This document shows positions 15,321-22,625 of a stretch of 32,000 bases of DNA, piece by piece. Every line of letters begins with the position of its first letter. The stretch's first letter is position 1. Where the stretch lies: the NCBI GenBank assembly GCA_001029695.1, contig CP011211.1, forward strand, positions 270,001 through 302,000. Reading direction: 5' to 3'. Source of the stretch: Candidatus Saccharimonadota bacterium. Its GTDB lineage: Bacteria > Patescibacteriota > Saccharimonadia > Saccharimonadales > Saccharimonadaceae. Made by a program: the position numbers and the translations under genes. The notes under the pieces are model-generated. The model was not told the origin of the DNA. It searched no databases and was given only the letters and a program-made list of their open reading frames with translations.

Positions 15321-15349
15321 AGTGTACGCTATATTGACTTATTTGTAAA
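15321..15349 (-). promoter_or_regulatory. trmD promoter (TTTACA-17-TACACT), 7 nt from the ATG (leaderless)
   Basis: Minus sense: TTTACA aataagtcaatatagcg TACACT gtaacag ATG. It overlaps the divergent + strand promoter. Confidence 0.55.
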
Positions 15350-15362
15350 TATCTGCTATAAT
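15334..15362 (+). promoter_or_regulatory. near-consensus sigma-70 promoter of island gene A
   Basis: TTGACT - 17 nt - TATAAT, with an extended -10 TGCTATAAT. Confidence 0.7.
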
Positions 15363-15398
15363 AAAGACGTACGCCTTCACCCCACGAAAGCGGTAGCC

Positions 15399-15713
15399 AT
15401 GAGCTTAGCACTAAGCGTCAACAGTCTACAAAATGGGTCATACGTCGCCATCGTCCTGCCGAAGCCGCACGAAGTACATTACTCTCAAGTGGTAGAGGTT
15501 CACCCTGATGGCTTCGTCCTGAGAGGGCAGAGCGACCTGCTCTTGCCGATCAAAGATATGCAAGAGCTGATATCCGCCAGGTGCGTACATGTCTACAGCT
15601 CACAGGCAGATCTGCCTCCAGCATTCAAAGCACGAATCGATTGGGCGAAGCTCATCGAGACCATCAGTGACGGCTACGCTGACTTACAGAAGCAGGCGCT
15701 ACGCAACACTTAG
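15399..15713 (+). CDS. island gene A: hypothetical protein (104 aa)
   Basis: The ATG at 15399 is the first start downstream of the promoter. The track start at 15156 lies antisense inside trmD and was rejected. No motif recognised. Confidence 0.5.
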   Translation: MSLALSVNSLQNGSYVAIVLPKPHEVHYSQVVEVHPDGFVLRGQSDLLLPIKDMQELISARCVHVYSSQADLPPAFKARIDWAKLIETISDGYADLQKQALRNT

Positions 15714-15764
15714 CTCATCAAAGAAAGCTCGCCGTAGAAGCTAAAATCGCTTTTACAGGCTTGA

Positions 15765-15788
15765 GCTCCTTCGGTGGGCTTTCTTTTT
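15765..15788 (+). terminator. probable terminator after island gene A
   Basis: GCTCC-ttcg-GTGGGC (one bulge) followed by TTTCTTTTTG. It is also enclosed by a 9-bp long-range pairing, AAAGAAAGC (15720) / GCTTTCTTT (15778). Confidence 0.5.
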
Positions 15789-15865
15789 GTTGTATAGTAT
15801 ACGTAAATATTATATAGTGACAGTAACTTTCCGTAGAAAGACGCACCTATCGATAGGAGAATCTC

Positions 15866-16210
15866 ATGTATTCTGACCCAATCATCTCGGGAATTGTCTA
15901 TAAAGATCATCACTTTAAAGATCAATTCGATCAAAGAGAAGATGCTCGGACAGTGGCCCTGCGTCAAGCCGCCGCATATCGTAGAGACATGGGCAGCGCC
16001 CTCGTCCTACTGGGCTTGATCGCGCTTACAGCCTATTTCCTAGAGGCTCTGTCATCTACCCTATTCCTACTCTGGCTGATCATTTGGCTCTTTAGCTCGG
16101 ACAATGTCAGTAGTCTGTGGTTTCACCCACTAAAGGCTTATAAGCTGGCAAGACTCTGGAAGCTCGAAGCAGGACGACAGCAATACATGATCAACCACCC
16201 TTATACATAA
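15866..16210 (+). CDS. island gene B: hypothetical small membrane protein (114 aa, 2 TM)
   Basis: SD AGGAGA lies 6 nt upstream of the ATG. There are two hydrophobic helices (ALVLLGLIALTAYFL, LFLLWLIIWLF). Confidence 0.55.
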   Translation: MYSDPIISGIVYKDHHFKDQFDQREDARTVALRQAAAYRRDMGSALVLLGLIALTAYFLEALSSTLFLLWLIIWLFSSDNVSSLWFHPLKAYKLARLWKLEAGRQQYMINHPYT

Positions 16211-16340
16211 GCCCGAGCCCTCGAAGACTTACGTAGTCGCTCGAGAAATTACTCGGGCGACAACCAGGCATATTTTCTCTGATGATATCTCTGGCTGTTT
16301 CAAAAACGCGAGTAGGCGCCTCTGCGTATACTCTGGCAAT

Positions 16341-16370
16341 TTGACATATTCGCCGAAACAGAGATAATAT
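16341..16370 (+). promoter_or_regulatory. sigma-70-like promoter of island gene C
   Basis: TTGACA - 17/18 nt - ATAATA/TAATAT. Confidence 0.6.
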
Positions 16371-16417
16371 ATTAACTATACACAGCCGTGTATAGCACCT
16401 TCAACAGAGGAAATGTT

Positions 16418-16678
16418 ATGAACGACACTCCATCGTCTGCAAAGGCATCGGAAGTCGTCAGTCAGGTAGAGCAATCGGCGACAGCCCTTGCACTCGAGCA
16501 ACTACAGAAGCACTATCCCCTCGTCACAGCGGATGATATCAATCTGCAAGCGCTCTGGCTTTTACTGCTCATCACTGAGTTTGCGCTTGAAGTACGGCAT
16601 GATGTCGGTCTAGTTCAGCTAGACCAAGATGGTAATGCGCTCGCTGGCACACCAGCGAGAATATCTCTTCCGCAGTAA
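16418..16678 (+). CDS. island gene C: hypothetical protein (86 aa)
   Basis: ATG at 16418 with SD GAGGAAA (the track start at 16388 is an in-frame upstream GTG). No motif recognised. Confidence 0.5.
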   Translation: MNDTPSSAKASEVVSQVEQSATALALEQLQKHYPLVTADDINLQALWLLLLITEFALEVRHDVGLVQLDQDGNALAGTPARISLPQ

Positions 16679-16718
16679 GGAGTCGCCCAGGCACCTCAAT
16701 ACGCCACATCCAGTTGGC

Positions 16719-16751
16719 ACTCCGCATCTAAGCCATAGATGCGGAGTTTTT
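16719..16751 (+). terminator. rho-independent terminator after island gene C
   Basis: ACTCCGCATCT-aagccat-AGATGCGGAGT followed by TTTT. Confidence 0.8.
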
Positions 16752-16772
16752 AATATATACTCTAAAATATAA

Positions 16773-16802
16773 TTGACTTTTTGTATATAAATATATTATT
16801 AT
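16773..16802 (+). promoter_or_regulatory. sigma-70-like promoter of island gene D (very short or no leader)
   Basis: TTGACT - 18 nt - TATTAT. The ATG at 16813 lies 10 nt after the -10, with no SD. Confidence 0.55.
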
Positions 16803-16812
16803 ATACATCATT

Positions 16813-18246
16813 ATGCGCCCATACACAAAATTCGAAAACCCTGTTGCTCTTCACAGAAATGAACACACCGTAAACAAAACCGTCGAAACTCTCTCGGATA
16901 AGAATTATACTCTCAGTAACTACGCAGTTACTCTCGACACCGCCACAGCCCAGTCTATAGGTGACGCAATCACGCGGAGAGATATCAACGGCGTTACCCG
17001 TCCTTTCAAGGATACCCTCAATGCAATTAGTCGTGAGTTTTCAGAGGCCGATCTCAGTGAGTCGCGTGAGGCGATCGAGACTGCCCTACAGGAGCGCCTA
17101 CCTTCATCCCCTAGTAGCCTTCTCGATACACTAACCGACACCAACTCTCGAAATGAACTGTACAATGCGATGCTTGAGACGAACGATCAAACTGAAGATA
17201 ACATCGGACTCACGCGTGCAGAGTACATGCGCCTTCTAGAAACGATCGTTATAGCCGAAACACCTGATAGTATTGATCTTTCGAACAAATATCGCGACAA
17301 TCCCGGCAAGTATCGGGATAAAAAGGCGAGTTTGTATTCCCGAGCACTGACAACACTTGATATATTCGCGACAAACGAGCCAGGTCTTCGCCCTGTTCGC
17401 GAAGGAATGCTCGAAGAAAATTCGAGCGCCTTAGCTGAATTTCTTCAACGCGAATCAAGTCGACGCGTCGCTCAAGACATCCTGAGCGATCACTTTGATT
17501 CGATTCAGCAGGGTACAGCCCTTAGCAAAAAAGCCGAGCTTCGCTATCTTATCGATGAAGACGAACAGCAAGGTGATATTGAAAAATTCCAAATCCTTGA
17601 GTGGACTATGCTTCCAGGAGATGAAGAGTCACGTGAGTCAACTCGCGCTTCCATTCGACGCTCCGTAAAGGCAAATCTCAAAAAGCAGTCGCTAGAAGAC
17701 TGGGACGAAAGTCGTGTCGACCTCCTCTTTGAAGTTGCCGATATCGGACATAAAAATGGCCGTCAACCAGAAGTATATATATCCAACACCTTCAAAAGCA
17801 ACGCAGGTGTCTACCTCGCTGTTTCACTCACCCACCCCCAAGACCCCAATAAGCGTATCGTACTAGCCGACAACCCACTCTACGGCAATGCTATCTATTT
17901 CGTAGATGAAATGCTTACCGAAAGAAGCCCCTCTACAGACACACCGTATAACTGGCGAGAAGTTATGGTCGAAAGCAAACAGGAAGCCCGTCGTCGCGGC
18001 GCATCACGCAGAGTGCACGTCGGTGAATGGGAGGACTTTGCTTACAAAATCTGTAGCTATGAAGGAAAACCGAAGGAAGAAGCTCCAACGACATTTGAAA
18101 CCCCGATCAGTCCTTGTGAGTACGAGTATCAATCAGAGCATAAAGCAGATAGCAACACCGAAATGTCAGATGCAGATCGAGCAATTGCACGCGCCGATAC
18201 CGCACTGCGCGTAGCACGCGAACTGCTCACTAGACTTAGTTCATAG
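16813..18246 (+). CDS. island gene D: hypothetical acidic protein (477 aa)
   Basis: A long track ORF with no competing ORF, Asp/Glu-rich. No catalytic or binding motif was recognised by eye. Confidence 0.6.
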   Translation: MRPYTKFENPVALHRNEHTVNKTVETLSDKNYTLSNYAVTLDTATAQSIGDAITRRDINGVTRPFKDTLNAISREFSEADLSESREAIETALQERLPSSPSSLLDTLTDTNSRNELYNAMLETNDQTEDNIGLTRAEYMRLLETIVIAETPDSIDLSNKYRDNPGKYRDKKASLYSRALTTLDIFATNEPGLRPVREGMLEENSSALAEFLQRESSRRVAQDILSDHFDSIQQGTALSKKAELRYLIDEDEQQGDIEKFQILEWTMLPGDEESRESTRASIRRSVKANLKKQSLEDWDESRVDLLFEVADIGHKNGRQPEVYISNTFKSNAGVYLAVSLTHPQDPNKRIVLADNPLYGNAIYFVDEMLTERSPSTDTPYNWREVMVESKQEARRRGASRRVHVGEWEDFAYKICSYEGKPKEEAPTTFETPISPCEYEYQSEHKADSNTEMSDADRAIARADTALRVARELLTRLSS

Positions 18247-18259
18247 TAGTTCAATGATA

Positions 18260-18288
18260 TTGACTATACTTTAGATACATGTTACAAT
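18260..18288 (+). promoter_or_regulatory. near-consensus sigma-70 promoter of island gene E
   Basis: TTGACT - 17 nt - TACAAT, starting 14 nt after the gene D stop. There is no terminator between D and E. Confidence 0.65.
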
Positions 18289-18374
18289 AGTACTCATGTC
18301 AGGATTAGTCTCTTCGGAAAGCTAATCTTCGCACGTACCTACATTCATTCCCTATCGACGAAAGTGATACGACA

Positions 18375-19388
18375 ATGGCACAAATTGATAGCGATATTTT
18401 ACGCCTCCTCGAAGAGCGAGGACCAATCCATGCCAAGGGCGCGATGATCTTCAGCGACATACGACAAACGCTTGGACGAGAAAAAAGTTCTCAGTCCAAC
18501 GATAACGCCATCACGAAGGCTATCGCCAGGATGGAAAACAAGAAGTCGATCGTCGTGAAGCGGAGAGGCAGACGAATACTTTCGATATGCCTGCCGGAAT
18601 GCTCGAAAAACAATGATGCATCGCAGACATCCGCCCAGAAGGAAGAGACAGTCACCAAGAAGGAAGGTGCACGAGCAATCGTGCTAACGGCTGCCCTTAG
18701 GCGCCTTCAGGAAGTGGCTGACGAAAATGGCGTGATTATCTTCCAAGCTGGAGGATATGTCGTCACACGACTACTCAGTGCAGTCAAAGGAATTCCAGAG
18801 GGAAGTGCAGTCTACAGGCTAGCCCAGCTCAAGGAGCTTGGACTAGTAGCATACGACGGCGCACCTCGGAAAGTAACCGTCACACGTGAAATCACTGAAG
18901 TTACCGTCGAAATGGTACGAGGAGAAAAAATGACTACCATTGAAAAGCCCTCTCATTACACCGAGAGTTCAGCTAGGTCGATTATCGACACCCCTCAGCC
19001 AACACCTGCTATCAGTCCAGAGGAGACGATCGAGCAATTCGTTGCAATCATTGAACAACTTGAAAGTCAGGTTGACGATGAAAAGCGTAGAGCGGACGCC
19101 GCTCTACAGGAACTCAGTAGCGCCCGTGAAGACGTGGCTGCTATGGAAGAACGCATCGTCGCCATCGTCCGAGAAAAGGACGAAGCTGTCGCCGAAACCT
19201 CCAGGGTAGTCACCAAGCTCAACGACGTAACTTCGAGGTTCGAAGAACTCACACGAGCACACACTGAGGTCGCGGACAATCTCGCAGCAGCAGAGTCGCT
19301 GCTCGCTGAGTGCGAAACTCAGCGAGCAGCTCAGGTAAGTGAGCGAGCAGCCAAGGTGCTCGAAAGATATGGAATGAAAAAAAGCTAG
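18375..19388 (+). CDS. island gene E: putative DNA-binding protein with two winged-helix-like modules and a C-terminal Ala/Glu-rich coiled coil (337 aa)
   Basis: The N-terminus DILRLLEERGPIHAKGAMIFSDIRQTL ... KKSIVVKRRGRRILSICL looks like a wHTH. A second similar unit is GSAVYRLAQLKELGLVAYDGAPRKVTVTRE. The last ~110 aa show heptad-like Ala/Glu/Arg repeats. Confidence 0.55.
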   Translation: MAQIDSDILRLLEERGPIHAKGAMIFSDIRQTLGREKSSQSNDNAITKAIARMENKKSIVVKRRGRRILSICLPECSKNNDASQTSAQKEETVTKKEGARAIVLTAALRRLQEVADENGVIIFQAGGYVVTRLLSAVKGIPEGSAVYRLAQLKELGLVAYDGAPRKVTVTREITEVTVEMVRGEKMTTIEKPSHYTESSARSIIDTPQPTPAISPEETIEQFVAIIEQLESQVDDEKRRADAALQELSSAREDVAAMEERIVAIVREKDEAVAETSRVVTKLNDVTSRFEELTRAHTEVADNLAAAESLLAECETQRAAQVSERAAKVLERYGMKKS

Positions 19389-19402
19389 CATGCCTAGCGC
19401 CC

Positions 19403-19430
19403 ACTCCGCACCCACAAGGTGCGGAGTTTT
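19403..19430 (+). terminator. rho-independent terminator ending the island
   Basis: ACTCCGCACC-cacaa-GGTGCGGAGT followed by TTTCTTT. It shares the ACTCCGCA...TGCGGAGTTTT arms with the terminator at 16719. Confidence 0.8.
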
Positions 19431-19462
19431 CTTTCGTGCAAGCATGTTTTATAAAAGCCACC

Positions 19463-19488
19463 AAAAAACCACCCCAAAAGGGATGGTT
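19463..19488 (-). terminator. rho-independent terminator of the KH-protein gene
   Basis: Minus sense: AACCATCCC-tttt-GGGGTGGTT followed by TTTTTGG (one mismatch in the stem). Confidence 0.7.
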
Positions 19489-19581
19489 TCTCGGACATAT
19501 AAGGCTCTCAACAATATATTGTTGCTCGCATAGAGCTTTTGGTCTCGCAGTTGAAGGAATTACCCTTCGAACTGTTTATGA

Positions 19582-19974
19582 TTATATATCAAGGTCATCA
19601 AGTTCTGCAAGCTCTTTTCGAGAGTTTCTTGCATAAGCTGATTCGTTTTCCACAGGTTCATCCGTTAAGTTATTCACAGGCTCGTCACCTCTGTCTTCAG
19701 ATGAGATAGTATAGTTTTCACGTTCATCGTCATTATTGACGATTTTGAGGTTATACCGAGCGTCATTTTTCGTGCCAAGTGCACGGAGAAGTGTTCGGAG
19801 ACTTTGGGCAGTGACGCCTCGCTTACCAATTACTCGTCCAAGATCTTCGGGATTGACCGTAAGCGACAAAAGTACGCCCTTTTCATCGATAACCCGCTCA
19901 ACGACAACGTCGTCAGGATACCCCACCAAAGATTTTACGATATATTCTACAAACTGCTGGTCTATTGTCGACAT
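19582..19974 (-). CDS. KH-domain RNA-binding protein (YlqC/UPF0109-like) with an acidic C-terminal extension
   Basis: IVKSLVGYPDDVVVERVIDEKGVLLSLTVNPEDLGRVIGKRGVTAQSLRTLL contains the KH GxxG loop (GKRG). It holds the canonical position downstream of rpsP. SD GGAGGA lies upstream. Confidence 0.85.
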   Translation of the reverse strand: MSTIDQQFVEYIVKSLVGYPDDVVVERVIDEKGVLLSLTVNPEDLGRVIGKRGVTAQSLRTLLRALGTKNDARYNLKIVNNDDERENYTISSEDRGDEPVNNLTDEPVENESAYARNSRKELAELDDLDI

Positions 19975-20028
19975 GCCTCGTCCTCCATTACCGTCTAACG
20001 GTCGCTACTCACTGATATCGTAGTTCCA

Positions 20029-20037
20029 TTATAGCAT
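20029..20037 (-). promoter_or_regulatory. extended -10 element TGCTATAAT upstream of the KH gene
   Basis: The minus-sense sequence catGCTATAATgg lies about 55 nt upstream of the KH ATG. Confidence 0.5.
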
Positions 20038-20116
20038 GCGATATTTTGATAAACATAATCAATATAGAAATTATCACCCCTGTTGGTTGTTTTACCGAGT
20101 CATTTGCGCTTGGCAT

Positions 20117-20146
20117 AAAAAATAGCGCTCGAGATGAACGCTATTT
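20117..20146 (-). terminator. rho-independent terminator after rpsP
   Basis: Minus sense: AAATAGCG-ttcatctcgag-CGCTATTT followed by TTT. Confidence 0.6.
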
Positions 20147-20164
20147 ATAAGATACAGAAGTATT

Positions 20165-20515
20165 TTACTCTGCTGATTCTTCAGCTGGTGCTTCTTCTTT
20201 TGGCTGGTTCTTGCGAAGCTTTTCAGCATTACGGATAGCTTTTTGCTTATCAGTGCTCGCATCTTTAACCCACTTTGGAAGTGCAACGCCAGCGTCCTTG
20301 AGGAGCTTGACGACACGAGGAGAAGGTTGAGCACCGTTGTTGAGGTACTTCTGCGCTTCTTCTACCTGAACTTTTGATTCTTTAGTGTGTGGGTTGTAGC
20401 TACCAACATAAGCAACCACGCGACCACTACTTGGGTGACGTTGTGCTTCCTGGACAGCTAGTCGGTACACAGGGTAACCCTTACGACCGACACGTTGCAA
20501 ACGAATTGCGAGCAT
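20165..20515 (-). CDS. rpsP: 30S ribosomal protein S16
   Basis: MLAIRLQRVGRKGYPVYRLAVQEAQRHPSSGRVVAYVGSYNPHTKE is the canonical S16 N-terminus. SD AAGGAAG lies upstream. Confidence 0.95.
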   Translation of the reverse strand: MLAIRLQRVGRKGYPVYRLAVQEAQRHPSSGRVVAYVGSYNPHTKESKVQVEEAQKYLNNGAQPSPRVVKLLKDAGVALPKWVKDASTDKQKAIRNAEKLRKNQPKEEAPAEESAE

Positions 20516-20566
20516 ATGTATTAAACTTCCTTAAACTTCATTAGACTTTTTATTAGTTCTTGAACA

Positions 20567-20595
20567 AGTGTACAGTGTTTTATCGATTTCGTCAA
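20567..20595 (-). promoter_or_regulatory. rpsP promoter
   Basis: Minus sense: TTGACG - 17 nt - TACACT. Confidence 0.6.
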
Positions 20596-20636
20596 TCTGT
20601 TTTATAACACAGACATCAGCACTACGCACTACTACA

Positions 20637-20936
20637 TCACCTTCGAGCGCGAGAGTGTTGTATTAATATACCCGTAAGACCAATCAATATAATCAAAAAA
20701 CCTATACCGCTCACATACCCCATCACCTGAAAAATAGGGTGCATATCATGCGTAGACAAAGAGAAACCAAGTGCTTGACGGTCATAATGGGTATTGAAAA
20801 GATTGATGATATCAAACCAAAGCACGCCAATACTCATGTAAAAGCCAGGACTCGCCAAGAGAAATATTCCCAGCCCAACGCTTACAAGCGTCGAGAAAGA
20901 GAACGACGCCTTAGGCACGTCGTCTCGCTTAAACAT
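20637..20936 (-). CDS. hypothetical small membrane protein (~99 aa, 2-3 TM)
   Basis: The track ORF 20637..21005 overlaps the rnc 3' end. The start is placed at the internal ATG at 20936 (MFKRDD...), which gives an 8-nt overlap with rnc. The exact start is uncertain. Confidence 0.5.
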   Translation of the reverse strand: MFKRDDVPKASFSFSTLVSVGLGIFLLASPGFYMSIGVLWFDIINLFNTHYDRQALGFSLSTHDMHPIFQVMGYVSGIGFLIILIGLTGILIQHSRARR

Positions 20937-21642
20937 TCCGTGCCTCATACGCGTTAAGCGCCGCCTTTGCTGCCTCTTGCTGTGCGTGCTGCTTACTCGG
21001 TCCACTCCCCTTGCCCATCATCGTGTCACCGACATATACCCCAAGGGTGAAGATTTTGTCATGGTCAGGCCCAACTTCTTCAAGTACTCGGTAAACCGGC
21101 GTATGATTGTCGATACGCTGAGACACTTCTTGGAGGTGCGACTTTGGATCGCGCCAGCTGCCTGTTTCTAGGATCGTATCAAGCTTACTGAGAATATGCT
21201 TCTTGATAAACGCATCTGCATCGTCATAGCCACGTTCTAGATAGATAGCGCCAATCACCGCCTCGAACGCGTTTGCAAGAATCTGCTGACGCGCACGTTG
21301 ACTACCGTTTTTTTCACCGCGACTCATACGGAGTAGCGGCTCATAGCCGAGTTTATCACCCGCTTCACCGATACTTTCGGTACGCACGAGTGATGATCGC
21401 CAGCTAGTCAAAATACCCTCTGGCTCACTGTGGTTGTTGAACAAATAATCCGTGACAGAAAGCTCAAGTACAGCATCACCGAGGAACTCAAGTCGCTCAT
21501 TGTGCTCATTGACACTCTTTTTATGTTCATTGACATAACTACGGTGCGTCAATGCCGTTACAAGAAGATTGATATCTTTAAATTCATACCCGAATGTCTC
21601 ACGGGCAAAATCTTGATAGGGGGTGACTTGCATACCACTCAT
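20929..21642 (-). CDS. rnc: ribonuclease III
   Basis: RNase III signature NERLEFLGDAVLELSVTDYLF, and a C-terminal dsRBD (GKGSGPSKQHAQQEAAKAALNAY). Confidence 0.93.
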   Translation of the reverse strand: MSGMQVTPYQDFARETFGYEFKDINLLVTALTHRSYVNEHKKSVNEHNERLEFLGDAVLELSVTDYLFNNHSEPEGILTSWRSSLVRTESIGEAGDKLGYEPLLRMSRGEKNGSQRARQQILANAFEAVIGAIYLERGYDDADAFIKKHILSKLDTILETGSWRDPKSHLQEVSQRIDNHTPVYRVLEEVGPDHDKIFTLGVYVGDTMMGKGSGPSKQHAQQEAAKAALNAYEARNV

Positions 21643-22133
21643 AAGTTTTCTTGTCGTATCCTTTTCATGGCAAGCAGCATAAGCTTACCGATATCTTCAT
21701 ATTCTATAACATCAATTGCATCGTGAAATTTAAACCACTTAATGTCATTCATCCACTCTTCCTTCTGGATCGCGTCAGTGTCGCCAAGTGCCCGCACGAG
21801 ATAGATTTGGGTTGTCATGAGGACAAGTTTGTCGATACGGCGATAACGGAAGTGGATTTTGCCAAGCCAGCCAAGCACTTCGGTCTCTTTAAGACCTGCT
21901 TCTTCGCCAATTTCACGCTTTGCGGTCTGTTGAGCTGTCTCACCTTCTTCGATATGACCTTTTGGAATCGTCCAACGATCTTTTGCGTCTTGGATCAAAA
22001 GAATTTCGACACCACCTTTTTCGTCACGACGAAATACAATGCCACCAGCTGTTGGCTCACGGACAATTTCCTGAATAGACGGCTTGCGGCGATTAAAATA
22101 CTGCTTGAACTTATTAAACTTCGGCGCTGGCAT
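21639..22133 (-). CDS. NUDIX hydrolase embedded in the nusB-rnc operon
   Basis: Nudix box GHIEEGETAQQTAKREIGEEAGL. ATG at 22133 with SD GGAGGA 8 nt upstream (the track start at 22172 is further inside nusB). Its stop overlaps the rnc start (ATGA). Confidence 0.8.
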   Translation of the reverse strand: MPAPKFNKFKQYFNRRKPSIQEIVREPTAGGIVFRRDEKGGVEILLIQDAKDRWTIPKGHIEEGETAQQTAKREIGEEAGLKETEVLGWLGKIHFRYRRIDKLVLMTTQIYLVRALGDTDAIQKEEWMNDIKWFKFHDAIDVIEYEDIGKLMLLAMKRIRQENL

Positions 22134-22572
22134 CTGGTTGTTCCTCCACAAGCGTTCGATACGCTGTGCCAAGCACGCCGTTTATGAACTTGCTTGAATT
22201 GTCAGAACCAAACGCTTTTGCAAGCTCTACCGCTTCGTTGATCGCCACCTTTGGAGGGACTTGATCTTTACGATATAGCAGTTCGAACAATCCAAGTCGA
22301 AGGACATTGCGGTCAATGCGAGCGATCTGCTCAATTGGCCATTCTGGAGCAAGCGGACGAATCCGATTATCGAGGTCCTCTTGAGCGGCGATAACGCCGT
22401 GCACGAGCTCGGTAACGAAACTTGTATCGTCAATCTCTTCGCTATAACGTTCAAGATTGCGCTCTAAAATTTCGTCAATAACAACAGACGTATCTTCCGA
22501 TTGTGTACGAAACTCAAATTCATACAGCGATTGGAGTGCAACAATCCTACCTAGGTGACGATTTGATGCCAT
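22114..22572 (-). CDS. nusB: transcription antitermination factor NusB
   Basis: RIVALQSLYEFEF ... RIDRNVLRLGLFELLY ... PPKVAINEAVELAKAFGSDNSSKFINGVLG matches the NusB pattern. Confidence 0.87.
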   Translation of the reverse strand: MASNRHLGRIVALQSLYEFEFRTQSEDTSVVIDEILERNLERYSEEIDDTSFVTELVHGVIAAQEDLDNRIRPLAPEWPIEQIARIDRNVLRLGLFELLYRKDQVPPKVAINEAVELAKAFGSDNSSKFINGVLGTAYRTLVEEQPDASAEV

Positions 22573-22625
22573 TCGTGTTGGTTCTTTCTTGTTATGGTTT
22601 GTTTATAACTGTACAGAAATACAGA

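Noticed and set aside
15156-15398. Upstream extension of island gene A (track start at 15156), and the ORF at 14657..15058.
   Set aside because: Both are antisense to trmD and lie upstream of the mapped TTGACT-17-TATAAT promoter.
15710-15967. 85-aa minus-strand ORF.
   Set aside because: It spans a terminator and a promoter region and overlaps the start of island gene B, which has a good SD. Its translation is low-complexity and hydrophobic.
19067-19464. Three overlapping minus-strand ORFs antisense to island gene E.
   Set aside because: They are shadow ORFs produced by the Ala/Glu-rich (GCN/GAR) coiled-coil coding region on the plus strand.
20092-20334. 80-aa minus-strand ORF overlapping rpsP.
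   Set aside because: It is in a different frame from the unambiguous S16 gene and extends through the rpsP terminator. It is spurious.
21651-22187. 178-aa plus-strand ORF.
   Set aside because: It is entirely antisense to the NUDIX gene, which has a clear Nudix box and an SD. It has no motif or promoter of its own.
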